Assembly (NCBI GenBank): GCA_963663275.1 | Contig: OY760183.1 | Span: 224,001-288,000 of the forward strand | Reading direction: 5' to 3' | DNA: 64,000 nucleotides | Source of the DNA: Chloroflexota bacterium | GTDB lineage: Bacteria > Chloroflexota > UBA11872 > VXOZ01 | Shown: positions 49,229 to 59,080 of the stretch, in pieces | Numbering within the stretch: position 1 is the stretch's first letter | Layout of the letters: each line of letters starts with the position of its first letter | Position numbers and translations under genes: made by a program | Notes under the pieces: generated by a model | Databases searched by the model: none | Told to the model about the DNA's origin: nothing | The model's input: the letters and a program-made list of their open reading frames with translations, nothing else

Positions 49229-49867
49229 TCACAGCGCCCCCGCCGCCCACGCCACGCCGCGCCGCAACAGTCTCGCCGCGCCCGGATACTGGAGCGCGGC
49301 CCGATCGTGGCCTAGGAGAAGCGTGCACACCCGCGACTGCGGGTGTTCCACCGTCCACAGCAGCGGCTGCGCCTCGCCGTGCAGCGGAGCGTGGGCCAGC
49401 AACCGCGCCTGGGGCGTCAGCCGCACGTTGGCGTAGAGTTCGTCGCGCACGGCAAAGTCCACCATGCGCGCCGTAATCGGGTGCGCGGCATCGTCGATGG
49501 TCACGCCAAAGGGGCCGTAGGGCGGATGGTAGAAGTCGGCCGCGGGCCAGCCGCCGATAAGTTCCGTGTAGGCGTCCCAGCCGCGAAAGCTCAGCACGCC
49601 CGCGTGCAGCACGAACAGCCCCGTGCCCCGCCCGACGGCATCCAGCAATGCCGCTTCCCTGCCGGCCGGCCAACGCTCCTCTTGCGTATTGAGATAGAGC
49701 AGAATGGCGTCGTACGCCTCGACGGCGCCGGATTCGAGAATGGCGGCGTCCTCGCTGATGGTCACCCGCGCGCCGCCCCGCGCCTCCAGGTGATCCGCCG
49801 CGTACGCCGCCACGTCCCGCGGCGAATGCGCCGGATTCGGGCCGCCAAGGAGCAGGATTTCTTTCAT
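49229..49867 (-). CDS. ThuA-like (trehalose utilisation / glutamine amidotransferase-like) domain protein
   Basis: G.GLFVLH, LIGG...HP, HPIT, DELY, PLLW, LLGHD. Confidence 0.85.
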   Translation of the reverse strand: MKEILLLGGPNPAHSPRDVAAYAADHLEARGGARVTISEDAAILESGAVEAYDAILLYLNTQEERWPAGREAALLDAVGRGTGLFVLHAGVLSFRGWDAYTELIGGWPAADFYHPPYGPFGVTIDDAAHPITARMVDFAVRDELYANVRLTPQARLLAHAPLHGEAQPLLWTVEHPQSRVCTLLLGHDRAALQYPGAARLLRRGVAWAAGAL

Positions 49868-49997
49868 CTGTGGCTTCCGCTTCCCACTACGAATCGCGCC
49901 TTAAGTCTTCTCTCTATCTTATACCGATTGTCGGCGCGCTGCGCGGCGGCGCGCGGGCGCGGCGCCAGAGTCCCTGCCGCCAGCGCGCGCCATTCGG

Positions 49998-51305
<1,308 letters not shown>

Positions 51306-51770
51306 AGGCCTCGTTCCCACGCTGCGCAAGAAACCGTATTGCCGTCAATGACAGGCGGCTATAGTCGCTAGTATAGCGCAAGCGCGGGATAGCGCATGAG
51401 GCAAGGGCGCGGCGCGCGGTAGGCAATGCGGCGTAGGGGCGCGGCGTGGTGGGCACAACGACGCAGGGACACGGCACGTGATGGGCGCAGCGACGTTGGG
51501 ACAGGGCGTTTGGTGGGCGAACGGTGTAGGGGCACGACATGTCGTGCCCCTACCACGTCGCGGTGGACCTTCAATTTACATAGCGGAAACGTAGCGCGGG
51601 GGCTTGTCCCCCGCCGGCGCACGCGCAATCTCCCCTCACCCTAACCCTCTCCCCGGGGAGAGGGAACCGGAGGAGCGCAGAGCGCCCTACTAAACCCATC
51701 GTGTCACTCCCCCTTCGCCTTACTCCCCCCTTCGCGTCACTTCACCCGTTGCGCTGCTCAACCCGTTGCG

Positions 51771-52901
51771 TCACTTGACCCGCTTGGAGTTCTCCTGCAC
51801 CGCCTTATAGACCAGGCGCGGCGTGAATTCCGGGTCCACCATGCGGAAGTAGTATTCGGACGCGGTGGGGGGGATGTCGCCCACTTGGCGCAGGTACCAG
51901 ATGCAGAAGACGCCGGCCCACGGCCAGTTGGCGCGCCCGTACTCCACGCCCTCGATAGTCCAGGCGGCCTGCTCTTCCTCTTTCACCCGCCGCCAGATCA
52001 GCTTTTCCGCGGCCATGTCGGGCGGCGATGCGTTCCAGCCGTACTCGTTGAACCAGACCGCCTTGTGGGCGTCGCCGTAGCGTTCCATGATCTCGCGCAG
52101 CAGTTCCACGCGGCGGAAGTTGAGGACGGCCGGGTCCGGCGGCGCGGTGGGCGGATATTCCAGGCCGTAGGCGTTCGCCGACATGATGTCGAAGGCGTCG
52201 TACGCGCCGTCCTGGTACATCTGCTCCAGGAAGTCTAGCTCCACCATGGCGCGCGGCGAGTGCTCCAGGGTGATTGCCAGCGGCGCGGTGAGCACTTTTA
52301 TCTCTGGATCGACCGCCTTGATGCGCCGGTAGCCGATGCGCAGCAGGTCCACGTAGCTTTGCGGGTTGGGCGGTTCGCCCCACTCGTGGGCCAGGTTCGG
52401 CTCGTTCCAGAGTTGGTAGTGCGCGATGCGGCCTTGGTAGCGTTCCGCCAGCACAGCCACGAAATCGCCAAAGTCCGCGTAGTTCGCCGGCGGCGCTTCC
52501 GGCGGCGCGCCCTCCCGGCGCGCCCAGAGGGGGCTGCGGTCCACGCGCACGATCAGCTTGATGCCGTACTGTTCGGCCAAATCCGCGATTTCGTCGAACT
52601 TCTGCCAGGTCGGCTTCTGCCACGTCTGGTCGTAGAAGTCGCCCTTCTGCGTCTTCTCGATCTCTTCCCAGGGGAATTGCTGTTTCAGCCACACGATGCC
52701 GGCGTCCCGCGCCATCTCGAAGGTCTTTTCCTTCTTCCAGAACTCGACCTCCTTGTGCAGGAAGGCGTTCGCGCCCCAGGGGTTCACGCGGGTATCCACG
52801 ATGGCGCGTTCCACTTCCGGTTCGGCGCTTTCAGCGAAGGGGCCGCAGGCCGCCGCGGCCAGAGAGGCGGCGGTGGCCGCCAGTATGTTTCTGCGTCGCA
52901 T
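51771..52901 (-). CDS. Clan GH-A glycoside hydrolase (GH5/GH39-like) lipoprotein
   Basis: RRRNIL...AAAC signal, F.W..IE, LWNEPNL..EW acid/base, VWFNEYGW nucleophile. Confidence 0.85.
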   Translation of the reverse strand: MRRRNILAATAASLAAAACGPFAESAEPEVERAIVDTRVNPWGANAFLHKEVEFWKKEKTFEMARDAGIVWLKQQFPWEEIEKTQKGDFYDQTWQKPTWQKFDEIADLAEQYGIKLIVRVDRSPLWARREGAPPEAPPANYADFGDFVAVLAERYQGRIAHYQLWNEPNLAHEWGEPPNPQSYVDLLRIGYRRIKAVDPEIKVLTAPLAITLEHSPRAMVELDFLEQMYQDGAYDAFDIMSANAYGLEYPPTAPPDPAVLNFRRVELLREIMERYGDAHKAVWFNEYGWNASPPDMAAEKLIWRRVKEEEQAAWTIEGVEYGRANWPWAGVFCIWYLRQVGDIPPTASEYYFRMVDPEFTPRLVYKAVQENSKRVK

Positions 52902-53779
52902 CAGTCTTGCCCTGCCTCTTTCTCGTGCGCGGCGGCGGCCGCCACGTACTCATACGTCGCGTGCAGCGCCTCGGGCGCGTCCGCGGTATCCGGTTGCAGG
53001 TCGAGCGCGTACCATTGGCAGTTTCCGGCCCGGAGCAGCCGCCGCAGCGGTTGGCGCAGAGGCGCGTGGCCCTGCCCGGGCGGCACGAACAGGCCGGCCG
53101 GCGCCGCGCTCGCCAGGCCGCGCAGCCCCAGGTGCACGTGGTTCGTCAATTCCTCATCCAGATCCCGCACGTAGCAGTAGCGTATGCGCGCGCCGTGCCG
53201 CCGGATGATGGGCATAGGGTCGATCTGCATCAGCGCCAGGTGCCCCAGATCCAGGGCCAAGGCCACAAGTTCCGGCTCCGTCTCTTCCAGGAAGCGTTCC
53301 ATCTCGTCCTCGGTTTCCACGAACGAGGCGAGGCGGGGGCGAAACGCCGGCTGCACGCCAATGGAGCGGATCATGTCGGCCAGACTCTGCACCGTGTCCA
53401 CCAGCAGCGCGTGGTCGCTGAGCGAAAGGGAATCGAAGCGCGTCGGGTTCGGCCAGCCGGCGGTGGAGAGGCGCTCGTTGGAGCCCGGCACGGAGAGGAT
53501 GCAAAAATCGGGCTCCAGCGCCGCCAGACCGTCCAGCAATGGCGGCAGCGCCTGCTCGTGGGCGGCGGTGGCGGCGCGGTCATGCCAGGGTTCGTGCAGC
53601 GTGAGCGCGGAAAGCGCCAGTTCCGCGTCGGCCAGCGCCTCCCGCTGCGCCAGCAGCGCCGGCATGGCGGCGGCGCGTTGCTCCAGCCCGCTGAACCCGG
53701 CGTCGCGGCAGACCGCGGCGACCTCTTCCAGCGGCGCGTCCTTCCACAGCCCCGGCGCGCAGCTTAGCGGCGGCTCCAC
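52901..53779 (-). CDS. Xylose-isomerase-like TIM barrel protein (IolE-like, degenerate)
   Basis: AGFSGLE, FVET..E.ERFL, LALDLGH, FVPPGQG. Confidence 0.75.
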   Translation of the reverse strand: MEPPLSCAPGLWKDAPLEEVAAVCRDAGFSGLEQRAAAMPALLAQREALADAELALSALTLHEPWHDRAATAAHEQALPPLLDGLAALEPDFCILSVPGSNERLSTAGWPNPTRFDSLSLSDHALLVDTVQSLADMIRSIGVQPAFRPRLASFVETEDEMERFLEETEPELVALALDLGHLALMQIDPMPIIRRHGARIRYCYVRDLDEELTNHVHLGLRGLASAAPAGLFVPPGQGHAPLRQPLRRLLRAGNCQWYALDLQPDTADAPEALHATYEYVAAAAAHEKEAGQD

Positions 53780-53782
53780 CGC

Positions 53783-54502
53783 TCACTTCTCCTCGTCGTT
53801 CGTCCTGGGGTAGCCGCGGCTACCGGGGTATCGTTCCTGCGATGCGCCGTCCCCGCCGTCCCGCGCGCCCAGCGCCGTCAGGGAGGGGGACTCGGCCGGC
53901 GAGGACGGCGCGGACAGGCCGCTCTCCGCGGTCGCCTCGCGCCCGCCGTTGGGCGGCAGGGTCATCTGAATGGTCGGCGCCAGTTCCGAGAGTTCCGTAA
54001 ACGTATCCGCCACGTCGATCAGCGCCATCGCCGTCATCTCCGCCAGTCCCACCACCTCGACGCGCACCCCCTTGAACTGCACCGCTTCCACCAGCCGCAC
54101 GAAGTCGCCGTCGCCGGAAACCAGCACCGCCGTATCGATGTGCGGCGCGATCATGAGCATGTCTATGGCGAGTTCCACGTCCAGGTTGGCCTTGACCGTG
54201 CCGTCGGAGAAGCGGCGCAACTCTTTGGTGACCACGCGGAAGCCGTGGCGCTTCATCCACGTCAGGTAGCCGTGGGACTCCGGGCTGTGCGGGTCCACAC
54301 CGGCATAGGCAAACGAGCGCAGCAGGCGCCGGCCTTTGGTGAGCACCGCCACCATGCGCTTGTAGTCCACCCGGATGTTCAGCTTGCGCGCCGCAAAGTA
54401 GAGATTCCCCAGGTCGATGAAGAGCGCCACCTTCTCGAAATAGGGGGGAAACCCAAGCTGTTCCGACTCGACGCTGGGACGGTCAAGAGCGTTTGCACTC
54501 AT
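53783..54502 (-). CDS. NYN/LabA (DUF88) domain protein
   Basis: ALFIDLGNL, KANLDVELAIDM, LVSGDGDF, GVRVEV. Confidence 0.92.
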   Translation of the reverse strand: MSANALDRPSVESEQLGFPPYFEKVALFIDLGNLYFAARKLNIRVDYKRMVAVLTKGRRLLRSFAYAGVDPHSPESHGYLTWMKRHGFRVVTKELRRFSDGTVKANLDVELAIDMLMIAPHIDTAVLVSGDGDFVRLVEAVQFKGVRVEVVGLAEMTAMALIDVADTFTELSELAPTIQMTLPPNGGREATAESGLSAPSSPAESPSLTALGARDGGDGASQERYPGSRGYPRTNDEEK

Positions 54503-54579
54503 GAAAAACACCTTACGCTACACGGAGGACTGACGGGAGTAGTTGTGCGAAGACGAAGCGGGCGCGAATGCCCTGTGAG

Positions 54580-54874
54580 GAGAACTTTTCCTAACCCCTT
54601 CCCCCTTGTGGGCTGACAGGGGTATGTGCTCCAAAGTCGACTTCACGTGTCATTCCGAACGGAGCGCAGCGGAGAGAGGAATCTAAGGCTTTCGCTGCAA
54701 AAACGTCGGTTCTAGATTCCTCGCTCCGCTCGGAATGACACTTGCCTACCCCTGTCAGCCCCTTGAGGGGGAAGGTTGGGATGGGGGTGGAGTGGATTGA
54801 AGTCATATTTTTTCATTGTACAAGCACTCTGGACTCCGGCTTTCGCCGGAATAGCGGAGTCTTGCAAGAGTCTC
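54580..54874. mobile_element. GAGACC-type MITE (family B) with nested CTGAC MITE
   Basis: Ends gagaacttttccta / cttgcaagagtctc; flanks gtgag vs ctgag. Confidence 0.7.
54613..54758. mobile_element. CTGAC MITE (family A), copy 5, 146 bp
   Basis: TIR ctgacaggggta / tacccctgtcag; flanks ccccttgtggg vs ccccttgaggg (10/11). Confidence 0.85.
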
Positions 54875-55260
54875 CTGAGGAGATTCAAGGCAGGCACTGA
54901 GGAAAAGCGGTCTCGAAGCGCGGGTTTGCGCAACCGCGAGACGCAATGCGACCGTCAAGAAAAACGAGAGCGAACGGGCGCTACCGGATACGTCGATACA
55001 GGGGGAGCGGTCAGCCTGGAACTGGATGTCATGTAGTGTAGCACAGCGCGCGCGCGGCTGGCAAGTGCGCCGCCTTTCGGATTGAGGAGCGCCGCGCGCG
55101 GCAGCCTTGCCCGCCAGCGCCTCCCGCGCCGCTCCCCGCGCGCCGCGCAACGACCGCTCTCGCGGCGCTACCGCGGCCCGGCTCTGCTATGCTCAGGATG
55201 CAGGCGGGGGATGTGCGAGCAAGAGCAGGCGGCGCGCCGCGCTAGTAAGGAGCACGAGCC

Positions 55261-56031
55261 ATGATTCGCTTTGGATACCGTACGCCGGGGTTGAAGGCGC
55301 TTTCGTTCCGGCAGAAGGCGCAGCTTGCGGCCGACCTGGGGTTGCCCGTGATCGAGGTGGCGCGCACCGAGTTCGACACGCTGGACGACTGCCGCGAAAT
55401 GCGGGAAGCGTGCGCGGACCTGGGCGTGGAGATCACCTCCATGGGCGGCGCTATGAACCTGTGCGACCCGGCGCTGGCGGCGGATACGCTGGGCCAGCTT
55501 GACTTTGCGCTGGACGCCTGCGCGGCGCTGGACGTGGACATCTTCTTCACCCGCGTCATGTGGCCCCCGCCGGGCGTGCCCCAGGCCGACACGTGGCGGG
55601 CCTGCGCGGACATCACGCGCGCGGTCTGCGAACGGACGGCGGCGCGCAACATTCGCTTTGCGCTGGAGGCCGACCCGCCGTGCTTCGTGCACACGCTGGA
55701 GCGCGTGGAGCGGCTCATGGAACTGGTGGATCATCCGAACTTCTGGCTGAACTACGATCCCACCAACTACTACGTGGTCGGCAGCGACCCGCTGCAGGTC
55801 ATCGAACGCCACGCCGGCCGCATCATCAACGGCCACGTCAAGGACGGCGTCTATCACGCCGATGAGAAGGGCGAGCGTCCGGTGGGCGCGGGCGAGGTGC
55901 CCTACGCGGCAATTTTCACGGCGCTGCTGGACCGCAACCTGGACGTGGCCATGCACGTGGAGCATTGCAACACCGTCGCGTGCGTTTCGGAGGCGGCGGC
56001 GCACGTACAAGGCGTGCTGGCGTCGCTGTAG
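55261..56031 (+). CDS. Sugar phosphate isomerase/epimerase (xylose-isomerase-like TIM barrel)
   Basis: FALE, LNYDPTN, GHVKDG, VGAGEV, HVEH; AAGGAG RBS. Confidence 0.88.
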   Translation: MIRFGYRTPGLKALSFRQKAQLAADLGLPVIEVARTEFDTLDDCREMREACADLGVEITSMGGAMNLCDPALAADTLGQLDFALDACAALDVDIFFTRVMWPPPGVPQADTWRACADITRAVCERTAARNIRFALEADPPCFVHTLERVERLMELVDHPNFWLNYDPTNYYVVGSDPLQVIERHAGRIINGHVKDGVYHADEKGERPVGAGEVPYAAIFTALLDRNLDVAMHVEHCNTVACVSEAAAHVQGVLASL

Positions 56032-56386
56032 GCGAGTCGCGGCAACCGGCGCTCTGTATGCTTCCCCCGCGTTCATGCTTCGACAGGCTCAGCACGAACG
56101 GTCATGGGCGCGGCCAGCACGAACGGTCATGTGCGCTCAGCGGGAACGATCAGGGGCGTTCAGCGGTTCAGCGGAATCGGCCAGGCGCCCGGCGGCTACG
56201 TACGTACGTTCTTCCTGTACGCTGCGATCACTCTCCACGAAGATCGCACACTGGCTCTGCGCGCGGGGTTGTTTCTGCCCCTGTTCCTGCCTAGACTAGT
56301 GGATACGCCCACGTCCGCCGGCTCTCTTGCCGCCGGCGGCTGAGCACGGGTACGCGAAGGCCACCCTTACTGGAATGAGAACGGTC

Positions 56387-57670
56387 ATGGCCGACCAGGC
56401 GGCGACCATTGCCGACGAGCAGAAGAAAACGCGAGCGGCGCCGGAGAGCGGGCCGCGCATGAGGCCCTGCGTGGTGGCGCACTACCACGAGGTGGGGTTG
56501 AAAGGCCGCAACCGCCCCTTCTTCCTGAGCACGCTGGAAGAGAACCTGCACCGCGCCACCGCCGGACTGGGCGTGAAAGAAGTCGAGCGCGCCAGCGGGC
56601 GCATCATCCTCTGGCTGGAGCCGGACGCGCCCTGGCCGCCGCTGCGGGAGCGCATCGCCAGTGTCTTTGGCATCGTAAACTTCGCGCGCGGCTACGCTGT
56701 GCACCCGTCGCTGGAGACGCTGCTGCGGGGCGTGCTGGCGCGGTTGCCGGAAGCCGGCGCGTTCGGCACCTTTGCCGTCCGCGCCCGGCGCGCGTTCAAG
56801 GACCTGCCGCTTTCCTCGCGGGAGATCGCGGTGAAACTGGGCGCGGCGGTGCAGGCGGCCAGCGGCGCCGGCGTGAACCTCAGCGCGCCGGAGATGACGG
56901 TCTACGTAGAGGTGCTGCCCCAGTTCGCGCTCTTCTTCTTTGGCAAGGAGCGCGGCCCCGGCGGCCTGCCGGTAGGGTGCAGCGCGCCCGTCACCGTGCT
57001 GCTCTCCGGCGGCATCGACTCTCCCGTGGCCGCCTGCCGCCTCTTGAAGCGCGGTTCACCGGCGGTGCTGGTGCACTTCCACTCGTTTCCCTACCTCGAC
57101 ACCGCCTCGCAGGAGAAGGCGCGGGAACTGGCGCATATCATCAGCCGCTACCAGGGAGACACCGTGCTCTACCTGGCGCCGCTGGGCGAAATCCAGCGCC
57201 AGATCGTGGTGGCCTGCCCCGCGCCCTACCGGGTGGTGCTCTACCGCCGCTTCATGGTGCGCATCGCGGAAGAACTGGGCCGCCGGCACGGCGCGCGGGC
57301 GCTGGTCACCGGCGATAGCCTGGGGCAGGTGGCGTCGCAGACCATCGAGAACCTAGCCGCGATCGAGGACGCCGCTACGGACATCATGCTGCGCCCGCTC
57401 ATCGGCATGGACAAGCAGGAAATCGCCGACGAAGCGGAGCGCATCGGCACCTACGCCGTCTCCATCCGTCCCGACCAGGACTGCTGCGCGCTCTTCGTGC
57501 CTTCCAATCCCTCGATCCACACCGATCTGCAAGGCATCCGCGCCGCCGAAGCGGTGCTGGACGTGGAGTCTCTCGTGAAGCAGGGTATCGCTGAAGCGGA
57601 GGTGGTGGCGTATCGACACAACGATGTGAGGACTCTTCCTGCGAAGGGTAAGAGTTCACTGCCTGTGTAG
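56387..57670 (+). CDS. thiI: tRNA 4-thiouridine synthase (no rhodanese domain)
   Basis: HY.EVGLKG.NR, THUMP domain, GPGGLPVG, LLSGGIDSPVA, TGDSLGQVASQT, RPLIGMDK, QDCC. Confidence 0.93.
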   Translation: MADQAATIADEQKKTRAAPESGPRMRPCVVAHYHEVGLKGRNRPFFLSTLEENLHRATAGLGVKEVERASGRIILWLEPDAPWPPLRERIASVFGIVNFARGYAVHPSLETLLRGVLARLPEAGAFGTFAVRARRAFKDLPLSSREIAVKLGAAVQAASGAGVNLSAPEMTVYVEVLPQFALFFFGKERGPGGLPVGCSAPVTVLLSGGIDSPVAACRLLKRGSPAVLVHFHSFPYLDTASQEKARELAHIISRYQGDTVLYLAPLGEIQRQIVVACPAPYRVVLYRRFMVRIAEELGRRHGARALVTGDSLGQVASQTIENLAAIEDAATDIMLRPLIGMDKQEIADEAERIGTYAVSIRPDQDCCALFVPSNPSIHTDLQGIRAAEAVLDVESLVKQGIAEAEVVAYRHNDVRTLPAKGKSSLPV

Positions 57671-57680
57671 GGCGACAAGC

Positions 57681-57935
57681 ATGAAACCAATTCGATTGAC
57701 ACGACATGCTAAAGAGCAATGCGCAGAACGAGGAACGATGGAGAGTGAGGTCATTGAGGCAATCAATCATGGCATACGAGAACCGGCGAAGCTTGGACGG
57801 AAGATGTGCCGCATGGACATCCCGTTTGGCAGCACTTGGCACGGCTCGTTCTATTCCACAAAGCAGGTCGCTGCCATGATTGTGGAAGAACCTGAAGAAA
57901 CAGTCGTAGTCACCGTTTACACCTTCTATTTCTGA
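57681..57935 (+). CDS. DUF4258 family protein (putative RelE-like toxin)
   Basis: IRLTRHAKEQ..ERG N-terminus, VVVTVYTFYF C-terminus; lower GC. Confidence 0.8.
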   Translation: MKPIRLTRHAKEQCAERGTMESEVIEAINHGIREPAKLGRKMCRMDIPFGSTWHGSFYSTKQVAAMIVEEPEETVVVTVYTFYF

Positions 57936-58037
57936 GATTCTACAGCCACCCATTCGAGTATTAGGTAGATGGGCGCGCTTGTGGTTGAGATACGATTATA
58001 ATGAGGTATGTGGTTTAACGAAGGAGAGGGATAGAAG

Positions 58038-58283
58038 ATGAAACTTAGCTATGACTCGGAAGCGGATGCGCTGTACATACGCCTCATCAAGGAGAATCAG
58101 GAGTGCCGCACTTTGCGGCTCAACGAAGAGATAGCGCTCAATATGGGGCCTGGTGAAATGCTCGTGGGCATTGAGATCCTCAATGCCTCTCAGGTATTGG
58201 GGGACGGCCCGCTGCCCGTCATAGAGCTAGTGAATCTGAGCGCAACGACAAGCAGCGACCGGGAAGAACCGGCGGCCGTATAG
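58038..58283 (+). CDS. DUF2283 family protein (putative antitoxin partner)
   Basis: MKLSYDSEADALYIRL...GIEILNAS; AAGGAG RBS. Confidence 0.88.
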   Translation: MKLSYDSEADALYIRLIKENQECRTLRLNEEIALNMGPGEMLVGIEILNASQVLGDGPLPVIELVNLSATTSSDREEPAAV

Positions 58284-58310
58284 CCGCTGCCCATTCCGAC
58301 TGTTTTACCT

Positions 58311-59006
58311 CTAGCCCCGAGACTTGGGCTCCAGGCTCTCGATCAGCGGCAGCAGGCGTTCGTAGAGTTCCGCCGTGGCGCGGGCGTCGGCCAGGCAGTA
58401 GCGGGCGATGTCGTCCCACGCGCCCGCGTCGTACGCCTGGGGCACGGCGCTGCCGCTGAGGCCCGCTTTGGGATCGCTGATGCCGAACTGCTGGCACCAG
58501 AATTGCAGCGTATAGGGCGCGATCGCGCGGTGGAAGGTCAGAACTTCCAGCAGGTCGCAGTGCTGCCGGAAGCTATAGCGGTAGGGCATCAGGTTGCGCG
58601 CCGGGGGGACGTCCAGCACGGCGGAGCGCAGCATCAGAACGGGGCAGTCGAACGTTCGGCCGTTGTAGGTGACGATGGTATCGAACTGCTGGACGCGCCG
58701 CCAGAACTCGGCCAGTATCTCTTCCTCGCCGCCGTGGAAGACCCGCGCGCCGTCGTGGAAATCCTCCCATTGGCGCGCGCCGGCGCTGTTGTTCACCAGC
58801 ACCCCGCCGCGCTGCTCGCCGGGCATCCACATGCCGATGGCCACGATCCGCGCCGTGCCGGGATTGAGCGCCAGCCGCTCCGGCATGGCCGCGCGCGCCT
58901 CATCGTCCCGCTCCCGCGCCAGCAGATATTCCTGCATAGCGGGCACGAAACCGTCCCACGGCAGGCCGACCGTCTCCACGTCGATAGCCAACGGCTGTGC
59001 CGCCAT
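58311..59006 (-). CDS. DnaQ/PolB-type 3'-5' exonuclease (RNase H-like domain)
   Basis: AIDVET (Exo I), TYNGRTFD (Exo II), HCDL, RYCLAD (Exo III). Confidence 0.88.
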   Translation of the reverse strand: MAAQPLAIDVETVGLPWDGFVPAMQEYLLARERDDEARAAMPERLALNPGTARIVAIGMWMPGEQRGGVLVNNSAGARQWEDFHDGARVFHGGEEEILAEFWRRVQQFDTIVTYNGRTFDCPVLMLRSAVLDVPPARNLMPYRYSFRQHCDLLEVLTFHRAIAPYTLQFWCQQFGISDPKAGLSGSAVPQAYDAGAWDDIARYCLADARATAELYERLLPLIESLEPKSRG

Positions 59007-59080
59007 AGAATCCTCTCTCCCGCACTGCGCGGCGCCGGCGCGTCACCCCCGCCCCACGCCGCAGAGAACGCGCTCGCTTC

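Noticed and set aside
51700-51785. Degenerate short repeats (gtcact../cccgttgcg) after the glycosidase stop
   Set aside because: Looks like slippage duplication of the gene end; too degenerate to assign a function
56290-56386. TPP riboswitch upstream of thiI
   Set aside because: GCTGAG and ACCC are present, but the ACCTGA...TAAT...GCG.AGG core is absent
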